Assembly: GCA_030648055.1 (NCBI GenBank)
Contig: JAUSHI010000009.1
Span: forward strand, 47,722 to 111,721
DNA from: a bacterium
Lineage (GTDB): Bacteria; Patescibacteriota; Minisyncoccia; Sungbacterales; SURF-37
Direction of reading: 5' to 3'
Length of the DNA stretch: 64,000 nucleotides
The notes below the pieces were generated by a model. That model saw only the letters and a program-made list of their open reading frames with translations, was not told the DNA's origin and searched no databases. Of this stretch, positions 1 through 9,822 are shown piece by piece. The position numbers were made by a program, and so were the translations under genes. Position 1 is the stretch's first letter; every line of letters starts with the position of its first letter.

Positions 1-73
1 AGCGGGACGATGGAGCACCACGTTATATATGCTCCACAAAGTAATGAAGTGCCGAGCGATGAGGCAACCTTTT

Positions 74-781
74 TTATGTTAATGCGCTATCCTCCTCCTT
101 TGCCGTAAGGCGCCAGCTGCGTTCGTCTTTGGTTACGAGTTTTGACCGCGAGATATGGAATTTGGGACGTGCGATCGCAAGGTGATACGGGAGAAGTTCA
201 TCTTTTCCGGTGACGGTGGAGCCCGCCGCGATCATTGCGCCTTCCGGCACAGTGATCGGGGCAACAAGGCATACGTTTGTTCCGATGAACGCGTCGTTGC
301 CGATGGTTGTTTGATGCTTTGTTTCCCCGTCATAGTTTGCGGTAACGACCCCCGCGCCAATGTTCACATCTTCTCCGACAACGGCATCTCCGAGATATCC
401 GTGATGCATCATTTTCGAACGAGCGCCGAACTGCGTGCGCTTAAGCTGTGCGGTATAGCCGAGCTCCGCGTTGTCTCCGACTTCGCTATTTTCCACTCGT
501 GCGCCTGCGATGATCACATTGTCGCCTATAATTGAATCAATGATGACCGAACCGAATCTTATCTTGCAGTTTTTGCCTATGACGGTTTTTCCTTCAATCC
601 ATACGTTCGGTTCAATGACCGTTCCGCCTCCGATACGCGTTTCAGTTGAGATATATATGTTTAAAGGATCAATGAATTTCGGCACGATTTCGTTGGGAAG
701 ATTTCCCCAGTGGCGGAAAAAAAGGACAAGCGTATTCCACAGGTTTTTGCGTTGCCAGCGGTAGGCGTTTGGTACCTTCAT
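74..781 (-). CDS. GlmU-like left-handed beta-helix acetyltransferase domain only (no N-terminal uridyltransferase domain)
   Basis: Hexapeptide repeats; HHGYLGDA, NIGAGVVTANYDG..KHQT, FIGTN and IAAGSTVT match the GlmU C-terminal domain; SD AAGGAG upstream. Confidence 0.85.
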   Translation of the reverse strand: MKVPNAYRWQRKNLWNTLVLFFRHWGNLPNEIVPKFIDPLNIYISTETRIGGGTVIEPNVWIEGKTVIGKNCKIRFGSVIIDSIIGDNVIIAGARVENSEVGDNAELGYTAQLKRTQFGARSKMMHHGYLGDAVVGEDVNIGAGVVTANYDGETKHQTTIGNDAFIGTNVCLVAPITVPEGAMIAAGSTVTGKDELLPYHLAIARPKFHISRSKLVTKDERSWRLTAKEEDSALT

Positions 782-961
782 TTCAACTCCTTTTGAAAGA
801 ACTTGTGCTCGAAGCCGTGATTGTTATGTAGCATATCCGGTGTCGCAACGGCAAATTTAGATTATAGAAATATAAAATATGGTGTGAAGCGGGCACTGTG
901 GTGTTGTGACATCAGGCATAAACTATCGGGTTACAAAATGGGTATAATAATTTATCGGGTC

Positions 962-1918
962 ATGAGGAAAAAACTGGCGAAAAATAAAAAAGTCGTTGTT
1001 ATCGGCGGGGGAACAGGTGTTTTTACCGTGCTTTCCGGGCTTCGCAAGTATTCGCTTGATCTTACAGCGGTTATTTCAATGGCTGATGACGGCGGCTCAA
1101 CGGGCGTTTTGCGGGAAGAGTTCGGCATTCTTCCGCCGGGCGACATAAGAAGAGTGCTTGTGGCTATGTCGCGAACGGACGACCGCCTGCTTTCCGATTT
1201 ATTCAATTATCGTTTTGACCGTGGCGGACTGATGGGTCATACATTCGGAAACATAATGCTTACGGCGTTAGAACGCCTTACCGGAAGTTTTGAGAGCGCG
1301 ATAAAAGAGGCCTGCCGGATTCTCGGCGTGGAGGGCGATGTTTTGCCGGTAACGCTTACCAACACGCGGCTTGCCGCCGAATTGGAAGACGGTACCATAA
1401 TTCACGGCGAATCAAACATTAACATACCCAAACATAACGGCGGTCTCAAAATTAAACGTGTGTGGCTTGACCCTAAAGCTAAAATCAACGAGCGGGCGCG
1501 CGCGGCTTTAATCGCGGCGGACATGATTGTTATAGGGCCGGGCGATCTTTATACGAGCATAATTCCCAACCTCGTCGTTGGGGGCGTGGCTGACGCCATT
1601 CGGAAGTCCATGGCCCAAAAAGTGTACGTGGTTAATCTTATGACTAAGTGGGGGGAAACAAACGGATTTAAGGCACCAGATTTTATTGCCAGTATTGAAA
1701 AATATCTCGGCAAGGGTGTGCTTGATTACGCGCTTGTCAATTCCAAACAACCCTCTTCAGAACGGTTGAAGCATTACGAAAAAGAATCCGCCGAGTTTGT
1801 TGTCGCGGGCGGGTTTTTGAAAAAACCGGTTCCGGTTTTTGGAGATTTTTTGCGGAAAAAAGGTTTTGTGCGCCACGACCCAGACCGTCTTGCTAAAACT
1901 ATTGTGTCGCTATTATAA
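962..1918 (+). CDS. yvcK: YvcK/GlmR family (UPF0052) UDP-GlcNAc-binding protein
   Basis: VVVIGGGTG, DDGGSTG, PPGDIR, GHTFGN, GPGDLYTSIIPNL, RHD motifs; start reassigned to ATG at 962. Confidence 0.93.
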   Translation: MRKKLAKNKKVVVIGGGTGVFTVLSGLRKYSLDLTAVISMADDGGSTGVLREEFGILPPGDIRRVLVAMSRTDDRLLSDLFNYRFDRGGLMGHTFGNIMLTALERLTGSFESAIKEACRILGVEGDVLPVTLTNTRLAAELEDGTIIHGESNINIPKHNGGLKIKRVWLDPKAKINERARAALIAADMIVIGPGDLYTSIIPNLVVGGVADAIRKSMAQKVYVVNLMTKWGETNGFKAPDFIASIEKYLGKGVLDYALVNSKQPSSERLKHYEKESAEFVVAGGFLKKPVPVFGDFLRKKGFVRHDPDRLAKTIVSLL

Positions 1919-2015
1919 AATGAGCCGGGCGGCTTATTTTTTTGTAGAATACTGCCGCGCTTTTCAAAACGCGCGGCGACTTGTTTTCGGGAGATAAAAT
2001 TGTTATCACTTTGGT

Positions 2016-2152
2016 ATGCCGGGTAGTGAAAATTCGAATAGCCGCGTAGCGGCAAAATGAATTCAAATTAATACTTGGTGCAGTTTATTTATTCTGTTTT
2101 TTTATGAGAGGTCTTAGTTGTTAAATAATTCAAACTTCTACATACCCGGTAT
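2016..2152. repeat. GTAG-type palindromic element (family D)
   Basis: atgccgggtagtgaaaattcgaat ... attcaaacttctacatacccggtat imperfect inverted repeat, ending at the tsaC ATG. Confidence 0.65.
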
Positions 2153-2786
2153 GGCGTTAAAAATTATAAAACTTACTCAAGAAAATTATCAAAAAGCGCT
2201 TTCCTCCGCGGAGAAGGTTTTGAAGGGCGGCGGGATTGTTGTCGGGCCGAGCGATACGGTTTACGGCGTTTACGCCAGCGCTTTTGATAAAAAAGCGGTA
2301 AAAAAAATTTTTCAGTTTAAAAAACGCTCGCTTGAAAAAGCTTTACCCCTTTTTGTTAAAGATATCCAGCGCGCGCGGAAACTTGCTTATATTGATGACC
2401 GAAAAGCCGGGTTTTTGAATAAAGTGTGGCCAGGCCCGGTAACCGTAGTTTTTTACAAAAAAGATATTATTTCGGATTTAGTAAGCGGCGGAAAAGAAAC
2501 GGCGGGATTTCGCGTTCCCGATTATGTTTTTCTTGCGGATTTGATGGGCCGCGTTGATTTTCCAATCGCTCAAACTTCGGCGAATATTTCCGGCAACGAA
2601 CCGATTCGTTCTTTTGAGGAAGCTAAAGAACTCTGGAAAAACGAAAAATTAATTGATTTAATGCTTGACGGCGGAGAGCTGGCCAAGCAATCGTCAACCG
2701 TGATTGATTTTTCTCATAACGAGCCGATAATTTTACGTTCGGGAGTTATAACCAAAAAAGAACTTGACGAGGCGCTCGGCCGGTGA
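2151..2786 (+). CDS. tsaC: L-threonylcarbamoyladenylate synthase (Sua5/YrdC/TsaC)
   Basis: PSDTVYG, KKR..K.LP, WPGPVT, TSANISG, SSTVID motifs. Confidence 0.93.
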   Translation: MALKIIKLTQENYQKALSSAEKVLKGGGIVVGPSDTVYGVYASAFDKKAVKKIFQFKKRSLEKALPLFVKDIQRARKLAYIDDRKAGFLNKVWPGPVTVVFYKKDIISDLVSGGKETAGFRVPDYVFLADLMGRVDFPIAQTSANISGNEPIRSFEEAKELWKNEKLIDLMLDGGELAKQSSTVIDFSHNEPIILRSGVITKKELDEALGR

Positions 2787-2828
2787 TAATTTGCAGGTAC
2801 TCTTTCACACAGAAAGGCGGAGGGTGGA

Positions 2829-3212
2829 ATGAGGAAGATTGCGAATGCCGCAATTATCCGCGATAACCGAGTTCTCCTTGTTCAGGAAAAAGATAGGACG
2901 GTGTGGACCTTTCCCGGCGGCGGAATTGAGACGCATGAAAGCGACGAGATGTGTTTGCGCCGGGAGTTGCGCGAGGAGTTGGAGGGCATTGAGAGCGTCG
3001 CGTTTGCCTTCTTAACGTTCTTTTATGGGACAAGTGTTGCAAGCGTGGATTCCATTCTTATATTTCTGTATCGCGCCGAGGTCTTGGGGCGTCTTCTGCC
3101 CGGGCAGAACGCGCGGCACATCGCATGGGTTATGGCGGACACCAGCTATCCGGTCACGGAAGCCACGAAGTCGTTTCTACAGACGCTGAAAGATAGGGGT
3201 TACCTCGCGTAG
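2829..3212 (+). CDS. NUDIX hydrolase
   Basis: Nudix box PGGGIETHESDEMCLRRELREE. Confidence 0.88.
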   Translation: MRKIANAAIIRDNRVLLVQEKDRTVWTFPGGGIETHESDEMCLRRELREELEGIESVAFAFLTFFYGTSVASVDSILIFLYRAEVLGRLLPGQNARHIAWVMADTSYPVTEATKSFLQTLKDRGYLA

Positions 3213-3276
3213 CCCCTTTTTTATTCACAGAGCGGCGGTTGCAACGGCATATACGCGCGGGTATGATACAAAGATT

Positions 3277-3954
3277 ATGCTATTATCGCGAGACGCAATT
3301 TTGCGGCATTTCAAGGAGGGGACAATCGTCATTGACCCATATGATGAAAGAAAATTAAAGACCACGAGCTATGATGTAACGCTTGGCGAATGGTTTTGGA
3401 AAGAAAAACATCCTGATGGCGGAGCTACATTGCATAACTTATACGACGAAGAATCCACCAAGCGCGTGTGGTCGGGGCCTTATCAGGCAGAGTTCTCCCA
3501 GGATGTCGCGGGGCGCACAAATGTTCCGTTAAAGAACATCAAGCCCGACGAAAGGGTTATACTTTTGCGGCCCGGAGAAACGGTTTTGGCGCATACTATT
3601 GAATTTATCGGCGGCCGCCATAAAATTGTCGGCAAGATGTACGCGCGTTCTTCCCTCGGCAGGAATTTTGTTGAGGTATGCAAAGACGCCGGCTGGGGAG
3701 ATATCGGATATTTTAACCGCTGGACAATGGAGGTTACGAATAATTCTCAATATTTTACCATCCCGCTTGTCGTTGGCCGCAGAATTGGGCAGATGGTTTT
3801 CTATGAAGTTGAGCCTTTAAAAAACGCGTTGGATTATGTCGGTGAGGGAGGAAAATATCAGCTTTCGCAGGAAATTGAAGAAGTCAAAAAATCATGGAAT
3901 CCAAACATGATGATTCCTCAGATGCATAAAGATTGGGAAGTGCGCTCGCAGTAA
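3277..3954 (+). CDS. dcd: dCTP deaminase family protein
   Basis: SYDVTLG, ARSSLGR, AGWGDIGY, TMEVTN, RIGQMVF and GKYQ motifs. Confidence 0.88.
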   Translation: MLLSRDAILRHFKEGTIVIDPYDERKLKTTSYDVTLGEWFWKEKHPDGGATLHNLYDEESTKRVWSGPYQAEFSQDVAGRTNVPLKNIKPDERVILLRPGETVLAHTIEFIGGRHKIVGKMYARSSLGRNFVEVCKDAGWGDIGYFNRWTMEVTNNSQYFTIPLVVGRRIGQMVFYEVEPLKNALDYVGEGGKYQLSQEIEEVKKSWNPNMMIPQMHKDWEVRSQ

Positions 3955-4220
3955 CCCAAAAATTTTCAGCTCCGATTCAGACAAAATTTCCTCACGCCCA
4001 GCGCAATATAATTAAGAAAAATTTGAACTCAACCTCGCTTCGGCTTAGCCGAAACTCGGGATTCAAACAGCAAATTTTTCTTATATTGCTCGCGCGTTCG
4101 TTATTTTGTAGCTGAATCTCCGCAATGAAAATTTTTGCATCACTGCTCGCTTTAATGAATACGGACGGTGAATTTGTAGTTATATCTTCGCGATGAAAAA
4201 ATTTACGCAATACGCGCTTT
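3942..4220 (+). repeat. Long covarying hairpin element (family E), copy 1
   Basis: ~180-nt imperfect hairpin at 3957-4137 plus a tandem subterminal unit; homologous to the reverse complement of 34141-34500. Confidence 0.8.
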
Positions 4221-4274
4221 AGTATTTTCCTAAGGTAGTAATTTTAGAGCCTCTGTCTAAAACTAAAATCAAAA

Positions 4275-4654
4275 ATGAACCCAATTATTTTTGTCATACT
4301 TACTGTTCTAAGTTTTGGGGCCTGGACCGCATTTCATAAACTTGCCTCGCCATATATTAATCAAATATTCTGGGCAATCTTCGTTTCTTTTACTGTAGTA
4401 ATTATAGGAACTATTTGGTTGCTACCCCAATTAAAAAATATACACCTTGTTACAGACTCGAAAGGTGTTTTTTCCCTTGCATTGGCTGGTGTTTGTGCCT
4501 TTTTTATAGATTTATGTGCACTAAAGGCATATTCCGGGGCTTATCAATTATCATTGGCGGCCCAATTATTATAGGTGGTAGCATTGCAGTTGCGGCAATT
4601 ATTGATTTTTTCTTGGGGGATTCGATTGGCGGTAAGTTAAGAGGTATACTATAA
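4275..4654 (+). pseudogene. EamA/DMT-like small membrane protein, frameshifted and C-terminally short
   Basis: Hydrophobic ORF 4275-4574 continues in another frame (GLSIIIGGPIIIGGSIAVAAII) after tccggggc at ~4533-4540. Confidence 0.65.
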
Positions 4655-4657
4655 AGG

Positions 4658-5299
4658 ATGGAACAAAAAAAAAATTACTATATTGCCATGGCTGGGATTA
4701 TGGGGTCGGGTAAGACTACCGTGGCAAAATTACTTTCGCGTGAACTTGGATTCACGCTTTTTGAAGAGACCGTTGCCGAGAATTCCTTTTTGCCGCTTTT
4801 CTATAAAGATGCGCGGCGGTGGGCGTTTCACAACCAGCTTTTCTATCTTCATGATAATGTTCGGCAGCTCAAAACAATACAGGAGATGCTACAACGCATG
4901 AGTGTTGTCCAGGATTCGCTGATTCATGATCATTATTTTACATATACCAAGGCGCAACTTGAGCTTGGTCATATGCTTCCTGCAGAATTTGCTTTGTATG
5001 AACAATATGTAGCCGCAATTTGGCGCGATGTGCCAATTCCTGACTTAATAATTCAGCTGGATGCGTCAGTGTCCGTGCTTGCTGAACGAATTCAGAAGCG
5101 TTCGCGAGATTTTGAAAAAGAAATTGACACGCACTACCTTGAAACGCTTTCTCGCCTGCAGGGCGAATGGGTCCTTGCGCACCCTCACCTTCCCATTCTT
5201 TCCGTCGCGGTTGATCATATTAATTTAGCATCCGGTCGTGAAGACCAGCGGATGTTTATCGGGTTGGTGCGAGAGAGGCTTGGAATTAAAATGAAATAA
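4658..5299 (+). CDS. Deoxynucleoside kinase (dNK family)
   Basis: P-loop GIMGSGKTT, FY.D..RWAF..Q, PDLIIQL, RIQKRSRDFE. Confidence 0.9.
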   Translation: MEQKKNYYIAMAGIMGSGKTTVAKLLSRELGFTLFEETVAENSFLPLFYKDARRWAFHNQLFYLHDNVRQLKTIQEMLQRMSVVQDSLIHDHYFTYTKAQLELGHMLPAEFALYEQYVAAIWRDVPIPDLIIQLDASVSVLAERIQKRSRDFEKEIDTHYLETLSRLQGEWVLAHPHLPILSVAVDHINLASGREDQRMFIGLVRERLGIKMK

Positions 5300-5305
5300 A
5301 AATTA

Positions 5306-5333
5306 AAAGACCAGCTCGTGCGCTGGTTTTTTT
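5306..5333. terminator. Bidirectional intrinsic terminator
   Basis: aaaagaccagc-tcgtgc-gctggtttttt between convergent genes. Confidence 0.65.
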
Positions 5334-5341
5334 AAAAATTT

Positions 5342-6113
5342 TTAGGATACGAATGGGATCAGGTCTTCCAGAGAACGAAGTGTTTGTATGCGCGGGTGCT
5401 CCAGGGGTTGCGATTGGAAACCTTCACCACGGTCATGAGGGTTGAAGAGGGGTGAGCTTGAACCGTGCGGCACATAGATACCGCTCCATTCCTTTCCAAG
5501 AGAGAGGGCGGGTAGAATGTCGTTGTCGCCATTGCCGATGGCGAACCACCATTCAAACCGAGAGCTATCGGAAGTGTATCCGCTTACGCGACAGAAATCA
5601 TCCGCGGTTTTCTTCTGTTCTGTTGCCTGTACGCGTTCCTGCGGAAAAAATTCAAAAATGTTCATGTGTGTGGCACGGCGATGGAATAGTGCGGTGTCAT
5701 AGCACGAAAGAAGACAAAGGCGATGGCCGCCCGCTTTCAGGTGTTGGAGAACAGCACGGGCTTCCGGCAACCATTCTAGTTTTGTGTAGTCAAAAGGCAG
5801 ATCACCGATTGCGCGGACAAGCATTTCATGTTCCTGGCGATAATAGTTTTTTCCGAAGCGCCATTTTGCCCATGTGCATACTTCTCGGTAGAAGAGCGCC
5901 ATCGCTTCCGCGACTCTGCCCCGCCGTACTCCCCATTCTTTGAAGAGTTCTAGGTCGATCTCAAAATAACGATCTTTGACGTAGTGCAGGTTAGGGACGT
6001 GTCCTGGAAGCAGTTCATAGAGCACGCGGAAGAATTCTGAACGGGCGTGAGAATATTGCCACTCATTCATCCAGAGCGTGTCATCAGCATCAAAGACGAA
6101 TTACGTTCGGCAT
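5342..6113 (-). pseudogene. HAD-superfamily hydrolase with a one-base frameshift after codon ~5
   Basis: SD GAGGAGG + ATG at 6113 gives MPNVI; one extra base precedes VFDADDTLWMNE (HAD motif I), which is in frame with ORF 5342-6070; motif IV IGNGDND. Confidence 0.75.
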
Positions 6114-6232
6114 CTCGTCCTCCTCTTCGCAGGACCTTATTTTTTTAGTAGTATGTGAAAGTACTATTACTGGCTAGTTTATATTGCTTTTCTCGCGGGC
6201 ACAATTTTTCTTATACACAGTATTTGCACACT

Positions 6233-7498
6233 ATGCGCGACAAAGAAATTTTTTCACTCCTTCAGGAAGAAGCAAAGCGTCAGCAGGAGACGCTTGATTT
6301 GATACCGTCGGAAAATATTGCCTCCGCGGCGGTGCGCGAAGCGCTTGGCTCGGAATTTGTTAATAAGTATTCGGAAGGATATCCGGGAAAACGTTATTAC
6401 GGCGGGAATAAAATCGTTGACGAGGTTGAATTGCTCGCCCAAGAACGCGCGCGCAAAGTTTTTCATCTCGGTAAAAATTGGCACGTAAACGTTCAGCCGT
6501 ATTCGGGTTCTCCGGCAAATATGGCGGTCTATTACGCCCTTTTGGGTCCGTGTGAGTCTGCGCCAAGTCAGCGTAAGTCCGCGGATATTCTGGGCATGTC
6601 GCTTCCGTTCGGCGGGCATTTGACGCACGGATGGAAAGTTAATTTTTCGGGGAGATTTTATAAGTCGGCGCAGTACACGGTCGGTCGTGATGGGTTGATT
6701 GATTACAACGAAGTCGCGCGTCTCGCACGGAAAGAACGGCCAAAAATAATTGTAGCGGGCGCGACCGCGTATCCGCGGATTATTGATTTCAAAAAGTTTG
6801 CGGCCATCAGCCGCGAAGTCGGAGCGTATTTTATGGCGGATATCGCGCACATTGCCGGGCTTATTGCCGCCGGCGCTCATCCAACGCCTTTTCCTTTCGC
6901 GGATGTCGTGACAACGACCACGCATAAAACCCTTCGCGGCCCCAGAGGGGCTATGATATTCGCAAACAAAAATTCGCAGGTTGCAAAAAAGAATTTGGTT
7001 GATATTGCCTCAGCCATAGACCGAGCGGTATTTCCAGCCTTACAGGGCGGGCCTCATGACAACCAAACCGCAGCTATTGCCGTTGCGCTCGGCGAGGCCA
7101 TGGAGCCGTCGTTCAAAAAATACGGCCATCAGATCGTGAAAAACGCGAAAGTGCTTGCGCGCGAATTGCAAAAACTCGGATTCCGGCTGGTATCTGGCGG
7201 TACGGATAATCATTTGATGCTCGTGGACCTTACCAACCTCGGCATTTCCGGCAGAGAGGCCCAAGACCGGCTGGAGGAGGCGGGCATTATCGTCAACCGG
7301 AATACTATCCCGTACGATACGCGCTCGCCCTTTGATCCTTCAGGCATTCGTGTCGGCACACCATCAGTTACTACGCGAGGGATGAAAGAAAAAGAAATTA
7401 AAATAATTGCCGGATTTATTTATGAAGCTTTGACGAATGGCGGTGGGCGTGCTATGAATTTTAAAGTTAAAGCTCTTTGCAGAAAATTTCCTGTATAA
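6233..7498 (+). CDS. glyA: Serine hydroxymethyltransferase
   Basis: LIPSEN, NKYSEGYPGKRYYGG, GGHLTHG, TTTHKTLRGPRG, GGTDNHL. Confidence 0.98.
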   Translation: MRDKEIFSLLQEEAKRQQETLDLIPSENIASAAVREALGSEFVNKYSEGYPGKRYYGGNKIVDEVELLAQERARKVFHLGKNWHVNVQPYSGSPANMAVYYALLGPCESAPSQRKSADILGMSLPFGGHLTHGWKVNFSGRFYKSAQYTVGRDGLIDYNEVARLARKERPKIIVAGATAYPRIIDFKKFAAISREVGAYFMADIAHIAGLIAAGAHPTPFPFADVVTTTTHKTLRGPRGAMIFANKNSQVAKKNLVDIASAIDRAVFPALQGGPHDNQTAAIAVALGEAMEPSFKKYGHQIVKNAKVLARELQKLGFRLVSGGTDNHLMLVDLTNLGISGREAQDRLEEAGIIVNRNTIPYDTRSPFDPSGIRVGTPSVTTRGMKEKEIKIIAGFIYEALTNGGGRAMNFKVKALCRKFPV

Positions 7499-7505
7499 GG
7501 AGGGT

Positions 7506-7757
7506 TTGGCCATGACCATGAGGAAGCTAGAAATTTATAGCGGTATGATTATAATTTTATTGGGGATTGTATGGTTTGCTTTGATGACTTGGGCGATGAC
7601 TCTGCCCGGAGGAGGCGTTTACGTTTTACGGCACGGGGGTTCTGTTCATTCCGGTGAGTTTCTTTGGCAGACATTTGCAGTGTTAGTGGGTGTTTGGGCT
7701 GTTTTTATGGGGATGTTGGTTCTTAAAGAAGGGCGGAATACCAAAAAAGATCTTTGA
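7506..7757 (+). CDS. Small two-TM membrane protein
   Basis: Two hydrophobic segments; AAGGAGG upstream. Confidence 0.6.
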   Translation: MAMTMRKLEIYSGMIIILLGIVWFALMTWAMTLPGGGVYVLRHGGSVHSGEFLWQTFAVLVGVWAVFMGMLVLKEGRNTKKDL

Positions 7758-7785
7758 TTAGGATGAGGAAGCCATCGCGCCTCCT

Positions 7786-7843
7786 CGGTAGTAGAATTTC
7801 GGTCCGCCTTAGGCGGATTTTTCTTTGTCGAAACTCACTACCG
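7786..7843. repeat. GTAG-type palindromic element (family D, short)
   Basis: cggtagtagaatttcg ... cgaaactcactaccg with inner hairpin tccgcc-tt-aggcgga. Confidence 0.6.
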
Positions 7844-7981
7844 GGCCTCGCTTTTTTGTTTGGTTTTTATCTTAATTCAAAATGACCGGCCGGCCATTTT
7901 TAATTAAGATAAATTTTGGGTGGGTTTTATTGGTTGATTTTGTTGGTTGAGAAAGATTCCAAAATTTGTTACATTTAATCC

Positions 7982-8821
7982 ATGATTTTACTTGATGGCA
8001 GAAAACTTGCCGAGAAAATTCTCTCCGGTTTAAGGGAGGAAATCGTAAAGCGCAAGAAATTATTGCGGCTTGCCGTTGTGGTCGTCGGTGAAAATCCGGT
8101 GACTTTGAAATTTATTGAACAAAAAACGAAGGTCGCGAAATCTATCGGCGTTGACGTACGCGTTTATCATTTTAAAGAAGGAGTTACGACAAACGCGCTT
8201 CGTAAAAATATCGCCGCGATTGTGCGAGAAAAGAAAAACTCCGGCGTTGTTATTCAGCTTCCTTTGCCGCCACACATTAATTCGCAATATATTTTGAATG
8301 CCGTTCCTTCGGAAAAAGACGCTGACGTATTGTCAGCCAAGGCCCTCGGCAATTTTTTTGTCGGTAAGGCGGCTGTTTTGCCGCCGGTTGTCGGCGCGGT
8401 CAAGGCCCTTTTTAAAGAATATAACATTGATTGCCGCGGAAAAAATATAGCGGTGGCGGGCGCGGGGCGTTTGGTCGGCAAGCCCGTTGTGGCATGGCTC
8501 ATAAACGAGACTGGCACGGTAAGCATAGTAAATGAATTTACAAAAGATATTACTCAGTTTACGCGCGGGGCCGATATTATTATTTCAGGGGTTGGAAAGC
8601 CGAAACTTATAACTGGCGACATGGTAAAGGAGGGGGTTGTGGTAATTGACGCGGGAACTTCAGAGGCGGGCGGGAAGATCGCGGGTGACGTTGATTTTGA
8701 TTCAGTATCCGGAAAAGCGGCTTATATTACTCCTGTTCCCGGGGGCATCGGGCCGGTAACAGTCGCGATGTTGCTTGATAATTTAGTTACGCTTTCTAAA
8801 CAGAAAAGACAGACAGAATAA
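7982..8821 (+). CDS. folD: Bifunctional methylene-THF dehydrogenase/cyclohydrolase
   Basis: LLDGRKLA, IQLPLP, EKDAD, GDVDF, TPVPGGIGPVTVAML. Confidence 0.96.
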   Translation: MILLDGRKLAEKILSGLREEIVKRKKLLRLAVVVVGENPVTLKFIEQKTKVAKSIGVDVRVYHFKEGVTTNALRKNIAAIVREKKNSGVVIQLPLPPHINSQYILNAVPSEKDADVLSAKALGNFFVGKAAVLPPVVGAVKALFKEYNIDCRGKNIAVAGAGRLVGKPVVAWLINETGTVSIVNEFTKDITQFTRGADIIISGVGKPKLITGDMVKEGVVVIDAGTSEAGGKIAGDVDFDSVSGKAAYITPVPGGIGPVTVAMLLDNLVTLSKQKRQTE

Positions 8822-9045
8822 AAGTTAGGGAAAATTAATAGCCCCATGGTTGCTTGTCTTCCAGTTTTACTGAGTAATGTTTATAAAAAGGGGGTTGGCG
8901 CGGGGGACTGCCTTAGAATTAATTAGTTATTTTGAATAGTACTTTTCGTGCGAAAAGTACTATGGAGAGGTTATTTGTTATGGCTACTCAATCGTGTTTC
9001 GCAGACGGACCAAACAAAAAATGACGGCGAGTTCGTCATTTAAAT

Positions 9046-9237
9046 TTAAAAGAGGCATTCGGATACTATTTTCCAAAAACGTATTTTTTGCCCGGTATAG
9101 ATGTCGCGTATGAGGCGCATAATGATAACCGGCGTTCCGACGATTAAAAGCGGAATTCCAAAGATGAAAATTATGAGAATGAAATTTATGATGAATATGA
9201 ATAGCATATCGATGGTTAATTCCCAGATCGTCATTTT
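9046..9237 (-). CDS. Small membrane protein
   Basis: Long hydrophobic helix; GGAG before MTIWELT. Confidence 0.5.
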   Translation of the reverse strand, partial: KMTIWELTIDMLFIFIINFILIIFIFGIPLLIVGTPVIIMRLIRDIYTGQKIRFWKIVSECLF

Positions 9238-9311
9238 GTCTCCCCAGATTAAATTTACAAGCAAATTTGATCTGGCGATCGATCAGTTTTGCGAATTGGT
9301 TTAGTCTTTGG

Positions 9312-9575
9312 TTAAATCATTAAAATTTTGCCGGTGCCGTCACAGCGCGCGCAAGGAATAAATTGAATATAGGGTGAATCGTGTGTTTCTGCGGGAAGTT
9401 TGGTTGCGCCGTTGCATGCGGGGCAGGTCATTATAAACAGAGTTGTTTCTTTTGGTCCGCGTTTTTGTTGGGTTATAAGTATTGCTATTATTATAATAAT
9501 AACCAGCGCGATAAGACCAAAAAGGAAAAGCGGGTCGTTTAGCCGGCTTCCAAAATCCGAAACAATGGTAAGCAT
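9312..9575 (-). CDS. Membrane-anchored protein with DnaJ-type zinc finger
   Basis: N-terminal TM; CPACNG ... CARCDGTG. Confidence 0.65.
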   Translation of the reverse strand: MLTIVSDFGSRLNDPLFLFGLIALVIIIIIAILITQQKRGPKETTLFIMTCPACNGATKLPAETHDSPYIQFIPCARCDGTGKILMI

Positions 9576-9727
9576 TTATTGGCCCCTTATTATGAAGGCT
9601 TGTAAATGAACTTTTGCCTTCAGCGTATACCAATAGTTCATTTTGGCAAGTAGCGTGTTATGGGGCTTAAACAGCGCCCCTTTTAGATTAATGCGATGCG
9701 GTGGCGTTGAGTCATGATATAGATACC

Positions 9728-9756
9728 TTGACAGAATTTTTGATTTACGCTATAAT
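9728..9756 (+). promoter_or_regulatory. Perfect sigma70 consensus promoter
   Basis: TTGACA-N17-TATAAT. Confidence 0.85.
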
Positions 9757-9822
9757 GTAAGTCAAAGTCAGAGGAGAGTGATGATCTTTTCCAAAACAAA
9801 TCACCAACAGGAGGAAGTAGCG

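Noticed and set aside
1-40. Possible gene start on the minus strand (..IYNVVLHRPA, RelE-like)
   Set aside because: Only about 13 codons are visible at the window edge; not enough evidence.
3933-4115. Small ORFs 3933-4115 and 34239-34466 with similar translations (SAPI.TK...RNIIK.NLNS)
   Set aside because: The similarity is explained by the family E repeat; frames diverge after the loop and substitutions follow base pairing, not codons.
7757-7982. ZTP/THF riboswitch upstream of folD or glyA
   Set aside because: Only REP-like and terminator-like hairpins were seen; no riboswitch consensus recognised (an Infernal scan would be decisive).
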